Shown in pieces: positions 10,793 to 19,512 of a stretch of 64,000 nucleotides of DNA. How positions within the stretch are numbered: position 1 is the first letter of the stretch; each line of letters starts with the position of its first letter. The translations under genes were made by a program, and so were the position numbers. A model generated the notes under the pieces. It was not told the DNA's origin, searched no databases, and saw nothing but the letters and a program-made list of their open reading frames with translations. This stretch comes from Candidatus Latescibacterota bacterium (GTDB lineage Bacteria; Latescibacterota; UBA2968; UBA8231). The stretch covers positions 174,631 through 238,630 of the forward strand of contig CBDCNM010000001.1 in the NCBI GenBank assembly GCA_965219385.1. The letters run 5' to 3'.

Positions 10793-10837
10793 GACATGCC
10801 GGGAAGATGACTGGGCAAATATGATTAGGAAATCGTC

Positions 10838-11449
10838 ATGAAAATGTACGACTCTGTCACCCTTATTTGTGGCCAATACTCTGAGAGCCCTGCGGCTGTT
10901 CGAGCGGTTTTAGAACTATTCCGTCTTCGAGTTCAGATGCACGTCGGGGTATGGCGGCAGCACTTGATTGAAATCTTCGCTGGGAAAGTTCCATGCAGCG
11001 AATACATCATCATCATGACCTTCGGAGAAGGGGACACGGAGAATGAAGATCTTGACCCTGAGGATATGAAAATGGGCTTCCCGTGTGTAGAATTGCAGGA
11101 CGATTGGCAAGCCACAACTTTTCACCTCACTCCGACGAATATACCACAAGTTGTCGTTTGGCCAGACAAGAAGATTTTATTCTGCGGGTGTGGAAGTGGC
11201 AGGAGGCTATTTGCTGAGGCGTTTCTTCAAGCTGGCTGCGAATCATACATTGGATGCGTAGGCGAAGTTGATTCAGACGCAGGCATCATGTTTGTTCTGT
11301 CTTATTTCTACCATCTGCTATCCGAAGATCGGGGAGATTCACCAGTTTCAGATAGGCAAGCTTTTCAACGCGCTGCAGCCTTTGACGCACAGAGCGCGAG
11401 TGGAACGTCTAGATTCAGATATTTTACGAGGGACGATTTAACCGGTTGA
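10838..11449 (+). CDS. Hypothetical cassette protein, possible CHAT/caspase-like fold
   Basis: Single ORF filling the attC2-attC3 interval; ILFCGCGSG...FAEAFLQAGCESYIG. Confidence 0.65.
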   Translation: MKMYDSVTLICGQYSESPAAVRAVLELFRLRVQMHVGVWRQHLIEIFAGKVPCSEYIIIMTFGEGDTENEDLDPEDMKMGFPCVELQDDWQATTFHLTPTNIPQVVVWPDKKILFCGCGSGRRLFAEAFLQAGCESYIGCVGEVDSDAGIMFVLSYFYHLLSEDRGDSPVSDRQAFQRAAAFDAQSASGTSRFRYFTRDDLTG

Positions 11450-11472
11450 CAGGAACGGGAGTTAGGCACGCC

Positions 11473-11527
11473 GCATAACACATCGGTTTTCGCTTCGCCG
11501 CCTGCGGCAACCTGGCTACCGTTGGGC
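11473..11527 (+). other. attC site 3 (short)
   Basis: R'' GCATAAC (complement of the previous R' GTTATGC) ... GTTGGGC; 55 bp with weaker inner arms. Confidence 0.6.
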
Positions 11528-11569
11528 CGCCTCATTAGCCGAAAGCGAAAAAGGAGAGAATTCAACTTC

Positions 11570-12337
11570 GTGGTCGAGAAATACGTTGACTCGCACGGGA
11601 CCCGAATATGGACTGCCGCGCAAGGCTCTGGAATCCCCCTTCTTCTGTGCAACGGTGGACCTGGATGTTGTGATTACTTGCGGCCTGTAGCTGAGATGGT
11701 AGAAGATCTTGCCCACGTCATCCGTTTCGAGCAACGTGGATGTGGGCGCTCGGATCTGTCAGGACCATATGATGTGGAAACGTGCGTCGCAGATATGGAG
11801 GCGATCCGTGAGTCGTATGGATTGAGTCGTTGGGTGGTTGGGGGTCATTCCTGGGGCGCAGAGCTGGCGATTACATACTCGATTGTGCATGCGAATAGAG
11901 TGATGGGCATCATCGGTATTTCAGGCGGTGTCATTCACAAAGACCGCGCCTGGAGCAGTCAGTACACCCGTCTAAAGGACCAGGAGATCGTTCCAGACTT
12001 CGTGTATCCGCCAAATTTGGAAGTAAACAAACAGGTCAACGAGTCCTGGAGAGGGTTTGTTCGGAAGCCGGATCTTCTCAGAGTGATCGCCGACACCCCC
12101 ATTCCCACCATTTTAATCTACGGCGAGCGGGATATTCGACCGTCTTGGCCGATTCAGCAATTGGCCACTTTGTTGCCAAGGGGGAAGTTCGTTTCCGTAC
12201 AAGGGGCAGAACACGCGATATGGCTGCTTCGGCCTAACAAGTTGGCGGATCACATAAGAAATTTTATTGCCAGAATCGCTGAAGAAACGGCGCACCTGCG
12301 ATCGCGTGAAGATCCGTCGCCTTCGACTAACTTGTAG
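11570..12337 (+). CDS. Alpha/beta hydrolase (proline iminopeptidase-like)
   Basis: NGGPG, EQRGCGRS, GHSWG nucleophile elbow. Confidence 0.85.
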   Translation: MVEKYVDSHGTRIWTAAQGSGIPLLLCNGGPGCCDYLRPVAEMVEDLAHVIRFEQRGCGRSDLSGPYDVETCVADMEAIRESYGLSRWVVGGHSWGAELAITYSIVHANRVMGIIGISGGVIHKDRAWSSQYTRLKDQEIVPDFVYPPNLEVNKQVNESWRGFVRKPDLLRVIADTPIPTILIYGERDIRPSWPIQQLATLLPRGKFVSVQGAEHAIWLLRPNKLADHIRNFIARIAEETAHLRSREDPSPSTNL

Positions 12338-12348
12338 AGGCGAGGACT

Positions 12349-13047
12349 TTGCGAATTTCAGCGATTTCTTTTGATGGTGACATGACCTTGTGGGACTTTC
12401 AGAAGGTCATGCGGCATTCGCTCAAGCGCACATTAGCGGAACTACGCAGGCAAGTTCCGACACAGCGCGCTCTAGACCTTACGGTGGAGGAGATGATTGC
12501 GATTCGTAATCGGCTTGCCGAGGAGGTGAAGGGCAAGGTCTGGAACCTTGAGGAAATCAGAAGGCTTGCATTTGAGAGGACGCTGGAACATGTTGGATGT
12601 CTGGACAGTAGCCTGGCTGTCCGTCTGAATGAGATATATCTGAAGCATCGTTTCGAAGATATCGAGTTGTACCAAGATGTCGTGCCTGCTCTTGATACTT
12701 TAGCGCCTCATTTCAAGGTCGGACTTCTGTCAAACGGGAATAGTTACCCCGAACGCTGTGGGCTTGAGGGTCGTTTTGACTTTGTTGTCCTTGCCCAGGA
12801 TGTGCGTGTTGAGAAGCCCGATCGACGAATCTTTCAGATCACCGCACGGAGGGCGTACTGCCAACTGGAGCAGCTACTGCACGTAGGAGATTCCCTGGAA
12901 GACGATGTTGCGGGTGCGCGTGCGGCCGGAGCGCACGCGGTCTGGCTGAATCGCGAAGGTCTGACGAACGACACTGAGATCAAAGCTGACCACGAAGCTA
13001 GCTCATTGACTGACCTACCTGCAATATTAGGGGTAGGTCGAGGCTGA
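12349..13047 (+). CDS. HAD-family hydrolase
   Basis: FDGDMTL, LSNG, EKPD, HVGDSLEDDVAGA. Confidence 0.88.
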   Translation: MRISAISFDGDMTLWDFQKVMRHSLKRTLAELRRQVPTQRALDLTVEEMIAIRNRLAEEVKGKVWNLEEIRRLAFERTLEHVGCLDSSLAVRLNEIYLKHRFEDIELYQDVVPALDTLAPHFKVGLLSNGNSYPERCGLEGRFDFVVLAQDVRVEKPDRRIFQITARRAYCQLEQLLHVGDSLEDDVAGARAAGAHAVWLNREGLTNDTEIKADHEASSLTDLPAILGVGRG

Positions 13048-13085
13048 GGGTATTTCTACATAGCGGCCTTGCCATCCGTGGCAAG

Positions 13086-13385
13086 GTGTCCGTCCGTATT
13101 ATCCGCGAGCTTCAGGCGCTTAGCCAGAATTGTCCAGATTGTTGGGGTGTAGGCACAGATGCCGCACTGGTAATACTTCGATTTGGGTTTGAACATTTGG
13201 ACTTGTATAGGATTTCGGCTGTGACAACCTCCAATAATACGGGGGCCATCCGAGTTCTTGAGAAGCTCGGGTTTACTCAGGAAGGGTGCGAGCGTGAGGC
13301 TATATATTGGTCCAACCGACGTTGGGACAGGCTCTTATTCGGGATTTTGCGAGCAGAATTTGAGTCCAAGCATAATACGGGCTGA
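13086..13385 (+). pseudogene. RimJ/RimL-type GNAT acetyltransferase, C-terminal fragment
   Basis: PDCWGVG...FGFEHLDLYRI...NTGAIRVLEKLGFTQEG; N-terminal half missing. Confidence 0.7.
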
Positions 13386-13494
13386 TGAGAACTGGATTAG
13401 GATGGTTTGGAATAGGCACCCCCTCCGCTCGTTCCTCTCGCGTCGGCCCTTCGGGATCTGCTACGCAGGTCGGGTAGCCAAAGCTCATTAGCCG
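13380..13494 (+). other. Degenerate attC-like element with ATT instead of GTT core
   Basis: GGCTGATGAG ... CTCATTAGCC inverted arms; upstream stop codon lies in the left arm; inner CTTCGG and GCTACGC motifs as in attC2. Confidence 0.4.
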
Positions 13495-13529
13495 AAATGG
13501 GCCTGAGACCATAGAAAGGGGTCTAGGTT

Positions 13530-14519
13530 ATGCGTGAAATCGTGATGTTTAGCGGCAGTGCACATCCAATCCTTGCAGAGAACATTTGCAAACACTTAGG
13601 TATCTCACTTAGCCGAAGCACAGTGAATCAGTTCAGCAATGGCTGCATTCAGGTTCAGCTGGAGGCCAACTGTAGGGAAGCCGATGTTTTTCTGATACAA
13701 CCTTTTGTTATGCCCGTTCACGATCATCTGATGGAATTGTTACAGATGTTGGACGCGGCCCGCGGTGCATCGGCCGCTCGCACAACTGCCGTGGTACCCT
13801 ATTTTGGCTACTCACGCTCGGACAAGAAGGACGCTCCTCGAATTTCTATTGTAGCGCGGCTTGTTGCAGATTTACTTGACACGGCTGGCGCCAAGCGTGT
13901 ACTGACGATGACCCTACATGCACCGCAGGTGCACGGATTCTTCAATGTACCCGTAGACCACCTCAATGCGTTGCATGTATTGGCAAGCCACTTTCAAGGC
14001 CGAAATCTTGAGAATACTGTGGTGGTATCACCCGATCTCGGAAGGGCAAAAGAGGCGGCCCAGTTCGCCAGGATGCTGCAAGTACCTGTCGCCGCTGGTA
14101 GCAAGCGTCGGATTACCGACCGGAAGGTCGTAATTGATGCGATCGTCGGAGATGTCGATGAAAAGAAAGTTATTGTCCTGGATGATGAGATTGCCACTGG
14201 TGGTACGATTGTAGAATTGATCCATCGGCTTCGGGAACGAAAGGTCGATGAGATAACGATAACCTGCACACACGGCCTCTTTACGGGTAGAGCACTGGAG
14301 CGCTTTTGCTCATTTGCCGAGGTGCAGGAAGTGGTGGCAACGGATACAGTACCCATGCCTTCAGAGTGCCAATCGCACCCTAAGCTAACGACGTTATCTG
14401 TGGCTCCACTACTTGCTGAAGCCATTCGGAGAATCCACAATGGTGAGTCAGTCAGTAGCCTATTCACGGCACCAGAGTGGACTACAGAACACGATGTAGA
14501 GACGGCAGAGCCTGATTGA
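13530..14519 (+). CDS. prs: Ribose-phosphate pyrophosphokinase
   Basis: PYFGYSRSDKK, VVSPDLG, VLDDEIATGGT, THGLF. Confidence 0.92.
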   Translation: MREIVMFSGSAHPILAENICKHLGISLSRSTVNQFSNGCIQVQLEANCREADVFLIQPFVMPVHDHLMELLQMLDAARGASAARTTAVVPYFGYSRSDKKDAPRISIVARLVADLLDTAGAKRVLTMTLHAPQVHGFFNVPVDHLNALHVLASHFQGRNLENTVVVSPDLGRAKEAAQFARMLQVPVAAGSKRRITDRKVVIDAIVGDVDEKKVIVLDDEIATGGTIVELIHRLRERKVDEITITCTHGLFTGRALERFCSFAEVQEVVATDTVPMPSECQSHPKLTTLSVAPLLAEAIRRIHNGESVSSLFTAPEWTTEHDVETAEPD

Positions 14520-14643
14520 ATCAGGCCCACAACTGCTAACCCATATCGGATTGCACTTTTTTTCTGTACACATGAACTTCTGAGGGGCACAGCACGACTC
14601 TATATTTAGACGATGAGAATGGTTCCGGGCAGACTATGACACG

Positions 14644-15144
14644 ATGGATACTGGTCCAGTGAACGTAACAGAACTCTATCGGGAACTTGGGCCAATGCTT
14701 CTGGCATACTTTCGCCAGTACCGCTCGACGAATGCCAATGCAGAGGACTTGCTGCAGGAGACGTTCTTACGTGCCCTCAACCACCAGGAGCGGGTAGCAC
14801 GAGCCGCATCACCCCAGGCGTATCTTTTCGGCATTGCGCGCCATATCCGGCTTGATGCAGTGCGCAAGCGTCCAATGCCGGACGACGTCATCCTTCAGGA
14901 AAGCCGCCAAGTTGCAGAGCCGGAGGATCCGCGTCTCGGCGAGATGCGTGCGGCAATTCAGGAGCTGCGAGAACCACATCGTGAGACTCTCCTGCTCAAG
15001 CTGCGCCACGAATTGTCTTACGGGGAAATCGCAGAGGTGCTTCAGATCCCGATCGGAACCGTTCGTTCACGTTTGCACTACGCCGTCACCGAGCTGAAGA
15101 GGGTCCTGAACCTACCAACACATACAAACGACATGGACAAGTGA
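14644..15144 (+). CDS. ECF RNA polymerase sigma factor
   Basis: AEDLLQETFLRA; LSYGEIAEVLQIPIGTVRSRLH. Confidence 0.92.
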   Translation: MDTGPVNVTELYRELGPMLLAYFRQYRSTNANAEDLLQETFLRALNHQERVARAASPQAYLFGIARHIRLDAVRKRPMPDDVILQESRQVAEPEDPRLGEMRAAIQELREPHRETLLLKLRHELSYGEIAEVLQIPIGTVRSRLHYAVTELKRVLNLPTHTNDMDK

Positions 15145-15145
15145 C

Positions 15146-15649
15146 GTGAAGCCAGAATCCCTCGAAGGTTTGCTGATCGACCAGGCGCTGGGTGAGCTCA
15201 CACTGGAAGTGGAGGAGTTGCTGGACGCTCATTTGGCAGCGGACCCGGTAGCGGCCCAACAGGCCGCCGCCTGGGCCCAAACTTGGCAGGTGGCCAGGCG
15301 GGCGGCCGCGCTCGAGAGTGACGCGCAGCTCCATCCACCACCTTTGGCTCAGTCGCGCAGAATAGACCCCTGGAGCTGGAAAGCGTATCGAGCCGAGTTG
15401 CTGCGATTGGCGGCATGTTTGGTAATTGGCGTAGCCACGGGGTGGGCCCTGTTTGCGACTCAGCCTGCGAGGCCCGAAGCGCCCTCTGATGCCAAGCGGC
15501 CAACTACATTCTGGTCAATGACGCATCTGGCGGCGGAGTATCCCGGACCGTCGGCGCCGAATATTCGTCCTGTGCGATATGAGCTCCGATGGAAGCCGCC
15601 CGTCAGAATCCAGCAAGAGGAGGAGACCTATGAAACTTCGATCCACTAG
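15146..15649 (+). CDS. Putative membrane anti-sigma factor
   Basis: Follows the ECF gene; LIDQALGEL...LDAHL N-terminus and a single TM segment. Confidence 0.7.
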   Translation: MKPESLEGLLIDQALGELTLEVEELLDAHLAADPVAAQQAAAWAQTWQVARRAAALESDAQLHPPPLAQSRRIDPWSWKAYRAELLRLAACLVIGVATGWALFATQPARPEAPSDAKRPTTFWSMTHLAAEYPGPSAPNIRPVRYELRWKPPVRIQQEEETYETSIH

Positions 15650-16763
15650 TATCCGAGAGTGGGCGTGTCGCACCGCTGCGTTCGGGCTCGCCGCGCTCCT
15701 GGTTGGCGGATGCTACGAGAAGCGCATTCAGTGGGCGCCAGACGGCCAGCGAGCCGCCATTCTCACCAGTGAGGGCCTGTTCCTGTCAGATGCCAATGGC
15801 CGTTTGTCGCAGATGCTGCTGCCAGAAGTCAACGCTGTTGCCTGGTTGAGCGACTCGCAGAGGCTGGCCGTGGCTATATCGGATGACTCGAATGTAGGAC
15901 GCCTTGCGATAGCGCGCATCGACGGTGAAGGGCTCACGCTAGGCCGTCCGCTTTACTCCGACTCAACCGTAGTCGACATACGGATTGCGCCAGGCGATGC
16001 GCATATCGCGTTTACCGTCGAAAGCCGTCGGGATGTCGCAAACCTTCTCGTCGCACCTTGCGATGGTTCGGCTCCGCCTACCGTCGTATCACAGCGCGCA
16101 GCGGTCTATCCTGATTGGAGTCCCGACGGCCGGGCACTCGTCTACTTCGAGGCGACGGAAACATCCAGGCGTGAGGAAGAACTACGTCTTGGGGCCCTTG
16201 TCCGGCAGGGCGTAGTAAATGTCAATGGAGTGGTCGAACTTGCCGAGAGGCCCGTTTATCTCGCCGGGGTTCTATTCTCCGTCTACGCCCGAGTGCGCTG
16301 TCTGAAGGATGGACGCGTGCTTTTCAACGCCGCTGAGTTCGACCTGCCTTTCGCGTCAAAGGACGTCGGCGGACGGCACGAACAGCTGTTTGCCGTCGAT
16401 CCCACACGGCAGCCCACTCTCGTCCGTCTAATCACCCGCAAGGGGGAGGAGGAGCTGCCAAGACACCTGTCGTTCTTTGAGGTCAGTCCCGACGAACGCC
16501 AAGTGCTCTTCGGCACACTTGAAGGTGACGTGCATGTTTTGACCCTGGCGACGGGACAGGTAAAGAAAGTGCAGTCTGCCACTACCAAAACGGAAGAGAT
16601 GCAAGGGGCCCCAGTCTGGCGCAGGGCAGGCCAGTTCACCTACGTCAAGCGTCTGTCCACAGAGAATGGCAGACCTGCAGAGGTCGTCCTGTGGAACGAT
16701 GGGCAAGAGATTGTGCTGAGTGAAGACTGGCCCAGCGAGTTCATTGCCCAACTCGTCGATTAG
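15630..16763 (+). CDS. Lipoprotein with TolB/PD40-like beta-propeller repeats
   Basis: LLVGGC lipobox; WAPDG, WSPDG and VSPDE repeats. Confidence 0.7.
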   Translation: MKLRSTSIREWACRTAAFGLAALLVGGCYEKRIQWAPDGQRAAILTSEGLFLSDANGRLSQMLLPEVNAVAWLSDSQRLAVAISDDSNVGRLAIARIDGEGLTLGRPLYSDSTVVDIRIAPGDAHIAFTVESRRDVANLLVAPCDGSAPPTVVSQRAAVYPDWSPDGRALVYFEATETSRREEELRLGALVRQGVVNVNGVVELAERPVYLAGVLFSVYARVRCLKDGRVLFNAAEFDLPFASKDVGGRHEQLFAVDPTRQPTLVRLITRKGEEELPRHLSFFEVSPDERQVLFGTLEGDVHVLTLATGQVKKVQSATTKTEEMQGAPVWRRAGQFTYVKRLSTENGRPAEVVLWNDGQEIVLSEDWPSEFIAQLVD

Positions 16764-16780
16764 AGATGAAGGCTGTCGGC

Positions 16781-16800
16781 GTATAACATGCCGCTCGCAG
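16781..16800 (+). other. Truncated attC (left half only)
   Basis: GTATAAC-ATGCCGCTCGCAG just after the stop, same R'' as attC1; no right arm; host-like GC resumes afterwards. Confidence 0.4.
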
Positions 16801-16841
16801 ACCTCCCACACCACCCTCAAACATAGAAGAACAGCACGATC

Positions 16842-18386
16842 ATGGTATGCGCCGAAAAGGAGGCCATTGTGGCAAAAAAGGAAATGACCAACGAGGAGAA
16901 CTACCATTTTGACGTGGCGGGTTACCTGATCGTCCCGGGGGTCCTGACCGCCGCCGAACTGAAGGCCTGCAACCAGGCGCTGGATCAGGTCGAGTCCGCC
17001 GACGAGGCCCTGCAAGAGACGGCGTTGCTGGCCCTGCGCGATCATCCCGTGCTGGCGCACTACCTGGAGCAAATCTGCGGCGAGGAGTTCCGGCTGGACC
17101 AGGCCCCGCGCCTGATCGGCCTGGACCCAGGAGAGGCCAAGACGCCCCTGACGGGAGGCGGCGAATGGGTGGACTGGTCCCGGGCCTATCGTCAACACAA
17201 CGGGGCCCGCTTCTGTCAGGGGGTGCGGGCCCTGTGGGCGCTGACCGAGGTGGGTGAGGGTGAGGGGGGACTGGTGGTGGTCCCGGCCAGCCACAACAGC
17301 ACGGTAGGGGCCCCCCGGGACCTGGTGAGCGGGGCCGACGATATGGGACTGGTGGTGCAGCCGGTTTTGCAGGCGGGTGATTTGTTGCTGTGCGCCGAGT
17401 CGGTAATCCGGGGGGTGCGGCCCTGGCAGGGGCAGGGACCGCAGCGCTTGCTCGAGTACGGCTATATAAGCGCCGAGGTGCGCCCGTCCGCCGAGTCTGA
17501 AATCAAGGGCGAGGAAGAGACCATGCCCGAATGGACCGCTGAACTGACGCCGGTGCAGCGCGCCGTGTTGCACAACCCCAACCGGCCCTATCCGCCGCCC
17601 GTGGTCCACACCGACGGCAAGACCGCCTGGCTGGCAGAGGAGCCCGGAATTTTTCACCCTTCGATCTATACCCGCGACCCGGACTCGGAAATCGACGAGA
17701 AGGAGTTTTTCCACTGGGACCTGTGCGGCCACCTGGTCTTGCGGGGGGTGATGGACGAGGACTGGCTGGAGGCGGCCAACCAGGCGATTGACTCCACCCC
17801 CGACCGCATCCACACGGGCGGATCGGCCGCCGGCGACTCGAAACCGCTGGCGGGTACGGGGGTGGGCCGGTCGGGGATGTCCGACCCGTGGCAACTGCCC
17901 GCGCCCTATGGCGAGCCGTTCCAGAGGATGATTGCCCATCCGGCCCTGGTCCAGCGCTTGAACTGGATCATGGGCAGCGGGTTCGAGTGCATGATGTGCA
18001 GTGGGTTCCTGTCGGGCAAAGGGTCATCTGGACACTTTTTACACGCCAACGGCACACCGGCCAAGGTCGCCAATCACTACCGTCAGCAAAACGGCCGCGC
18101 CTACAGCGAGTTCGTCAATGTGGCCTGGCAGTTGCGCGATGTCACGCGGGCGGACGGGGGCTTTGTCTGCGTGCCGGGCACTCACAAGACCAGCTATCCC
18201 ATGCCCGAGTGCATCAAGAACTGCGACGACGAGATGGGCTTGGTGCGGCACGTGGAGATGAAGGCGGGCGATGTGCTGCTTTTCCTGGCCTCGGCCCAGA
18301 CCCACGGGGCCTATCCCTGGACGGGAGAACAGAACAGGCGGATGATCTTTTTTCAGTACCGGTCGCGGAATTTGTACGCGCCCTGA
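16842..18386 (+). CDS. Tandem-domain phytanoyl-CoA dioxygenase (PhyH) family protein
   Basis: Two repeats of FxxxG(Y/H)L...GG..(V/C)VP.(S/T)H...AGD.LL. Confidence 0.85.
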   Translation: MVCAEKEAIVAKKEMTNEENYHFDVAGYLIVPGVLTAAELKACNQALDQVESADEALQETALLALRDHPVLAHYLEQICGEEFRLDQAPRLIGLDPGEAKTPLTGGGEWVDWSRAYRQHNGARFCQGVRALWALTEVGEGEGGLVVVPASHNSTVGAPRDLVSGADDMGLVVQPVLQAGDLLLCAESVIRGVRPWQGQGPQRLLEYGYISAEVRPSAESEIKGEEETMPEWTAELTPVQRAVLHNPNRPYPPPVVHTDGKTAWLAEEPGIFHPSIYTRDPDSEIDEKEFFHWDLCGHLVLRGVMDEDWLEAANQAIDSTPDRIHTGGSAAGDSKPLAGTGVGRSGMSDPWQLPAPYGEPFQRMIAHPALVQRLNWIMGSGFECMMCSGFLSGKGSSGHFLHANGTPAKVANHYRQQNGRAYSEFVNVAWQLRDVTRADGGFVCVPGTHKTSYPMPECIKNCDDEMGLVRHVEMKAGDVLLFLASAQTHGAYPWTGEQNRRMIFFQYRSRNLYAP

Positions 18387-18395
18387 AAAGAGGAT

Positions 18396-19478
18396 CTATC
18401 CGTGGAGCTCCCGCAAATGCCGGGAGGCGGCCGCTTCGTTCTTGAGCTTCTGGTAGGGCTCCTCCAGGGACATGTCAATGGCCAGTCCGGGCGCAAACCC
18501 GCAGTCGGGGTTGATGCTCAGCCGCTCTGCGTCGACGTATTTCAACGCCTCTTCGACCCGACTCACGATTTCCTCCCGGGTATCGATCTTCTCGAAGCGA
18601 CACTCGACCGCGCCCAGGCCGATGAGCTTGTCCTCCGGCAGCTCCTTGAGAATGGCCACGTCGCCGGCAACCGGGATACTGAATTCCATTACGTACTGGT
18701 CGACGTCGATCTTCTTCATGGTCTCGATAATGGGCTCGTACCCCCCCTCTGCGCCCCAGCCTCTGCGCCCCCAGTTGCGCCGGCACAGATGCAGGGCGGT
18801 CTGCACCTGGTCGATGCCGTCTAGCATCTCGTTGATCTTGTCGGCCGCCAGGTCCATTTCGTACTGGGGATCCTCGAAGGAGTCGCGGTACTCCGGGTCG
18901 ACCAGGACGCACAGATGGGGTTCGTCTATCTGCACCACGGTGACCCCGGTATTCCGCAGTTCGAGCAACTCGGCGCGCAGGATGGGCACCAGGGCTTCGA
19001 TGAACCGGTCGCGGGTCGGATAGGCCCTTGACGATACCTCCTTTTCCCAGAGCCTGACCCCCAGAAGATAAGGCGAAGGCACGCACACCTTGGTCATGCG
19101 GTCGGTGGCCTCGACCAGGAAGCGGGCCTCCTCGGCGATCAGGCCAGGTTTGACCACTTCCATCGGTTCGGTGACGGAAATGCCCCAGCGGGCCGGCTCG
19201 GTGCGCAGGTCTGCGGAGAACCCGGTGGTTATATCCGCTATGATGTGGGTGTAGGCATGACGGCGCCACTCGCCGTCGCTGACCAAGTCGAGACCGGCCA
19301 GCTCCTGGACGGCAATGGCGTAGCGCACGGCCGCGTCCATCTGCGGCGAGCGCGCTGCTTCGGCCGATTGGGGGCCGGGTAGTTCCGGCAGCATCTCCTT
19401 CACCATCAAGGGCCTCGGGAGACTGCCTACGACGCCGGATGGAAACCGGGTTTGGGCAAAGCGCTGGGATATTGCCAT
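18396..19478 (-). CDS. Cobalamin-independent methionine synthase II family protein
   Basis: VVGSLPRP, SDGEWRR, QIDEP, HLCRRN, NPDCGF. Confidence 0.88.
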   Translation of the reverse strand: MAISQRFAQTRFPSGVVGSLPRPLMVKEMLPELPGPQSAEAARSPQMDAAVRYAIAVQELAGLDLVSDGEWRRHAYTHIIADITTGFSADLRTEPARWGISVTEPMEVVKPGLIAEEARFLVEATDRMTKVCVPSPYLLGVRLWEKEVSSRAYPTRDRFIEALVPILRAELLELRNTGVTVVQIDEPHLCVLVDPEYRDSFEDPQYEMDLAADKINEMLDGIDQVQTALHLCRRNWGRRGWGAEGGYEPIIETMKKIDVDQYVMEFSIPVAGDVAILKELPEDKLIGLGAVECRFEKIDTREEIVSRVEEALKYVDAERLSINPDCGFAPGLAIDMSLEEPYQKLKNEAAASRHLRELHG

Positions 19479-19512
19479 GGTGGGGATCTTTGTTTGGGGG
19501 TGGGATCTGGTT

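Noticed and set aside
11461..11467. GTTAGGC as an additional attC core
   Set aside because: No convincing matching left arm at a suitable distance; GCATAAC at 11473 explains the cassette end better.
14533..14560. CTGCTAAC after prs as an attC R''
   Set aside because: No complementary right arm or GTT core found downstream.
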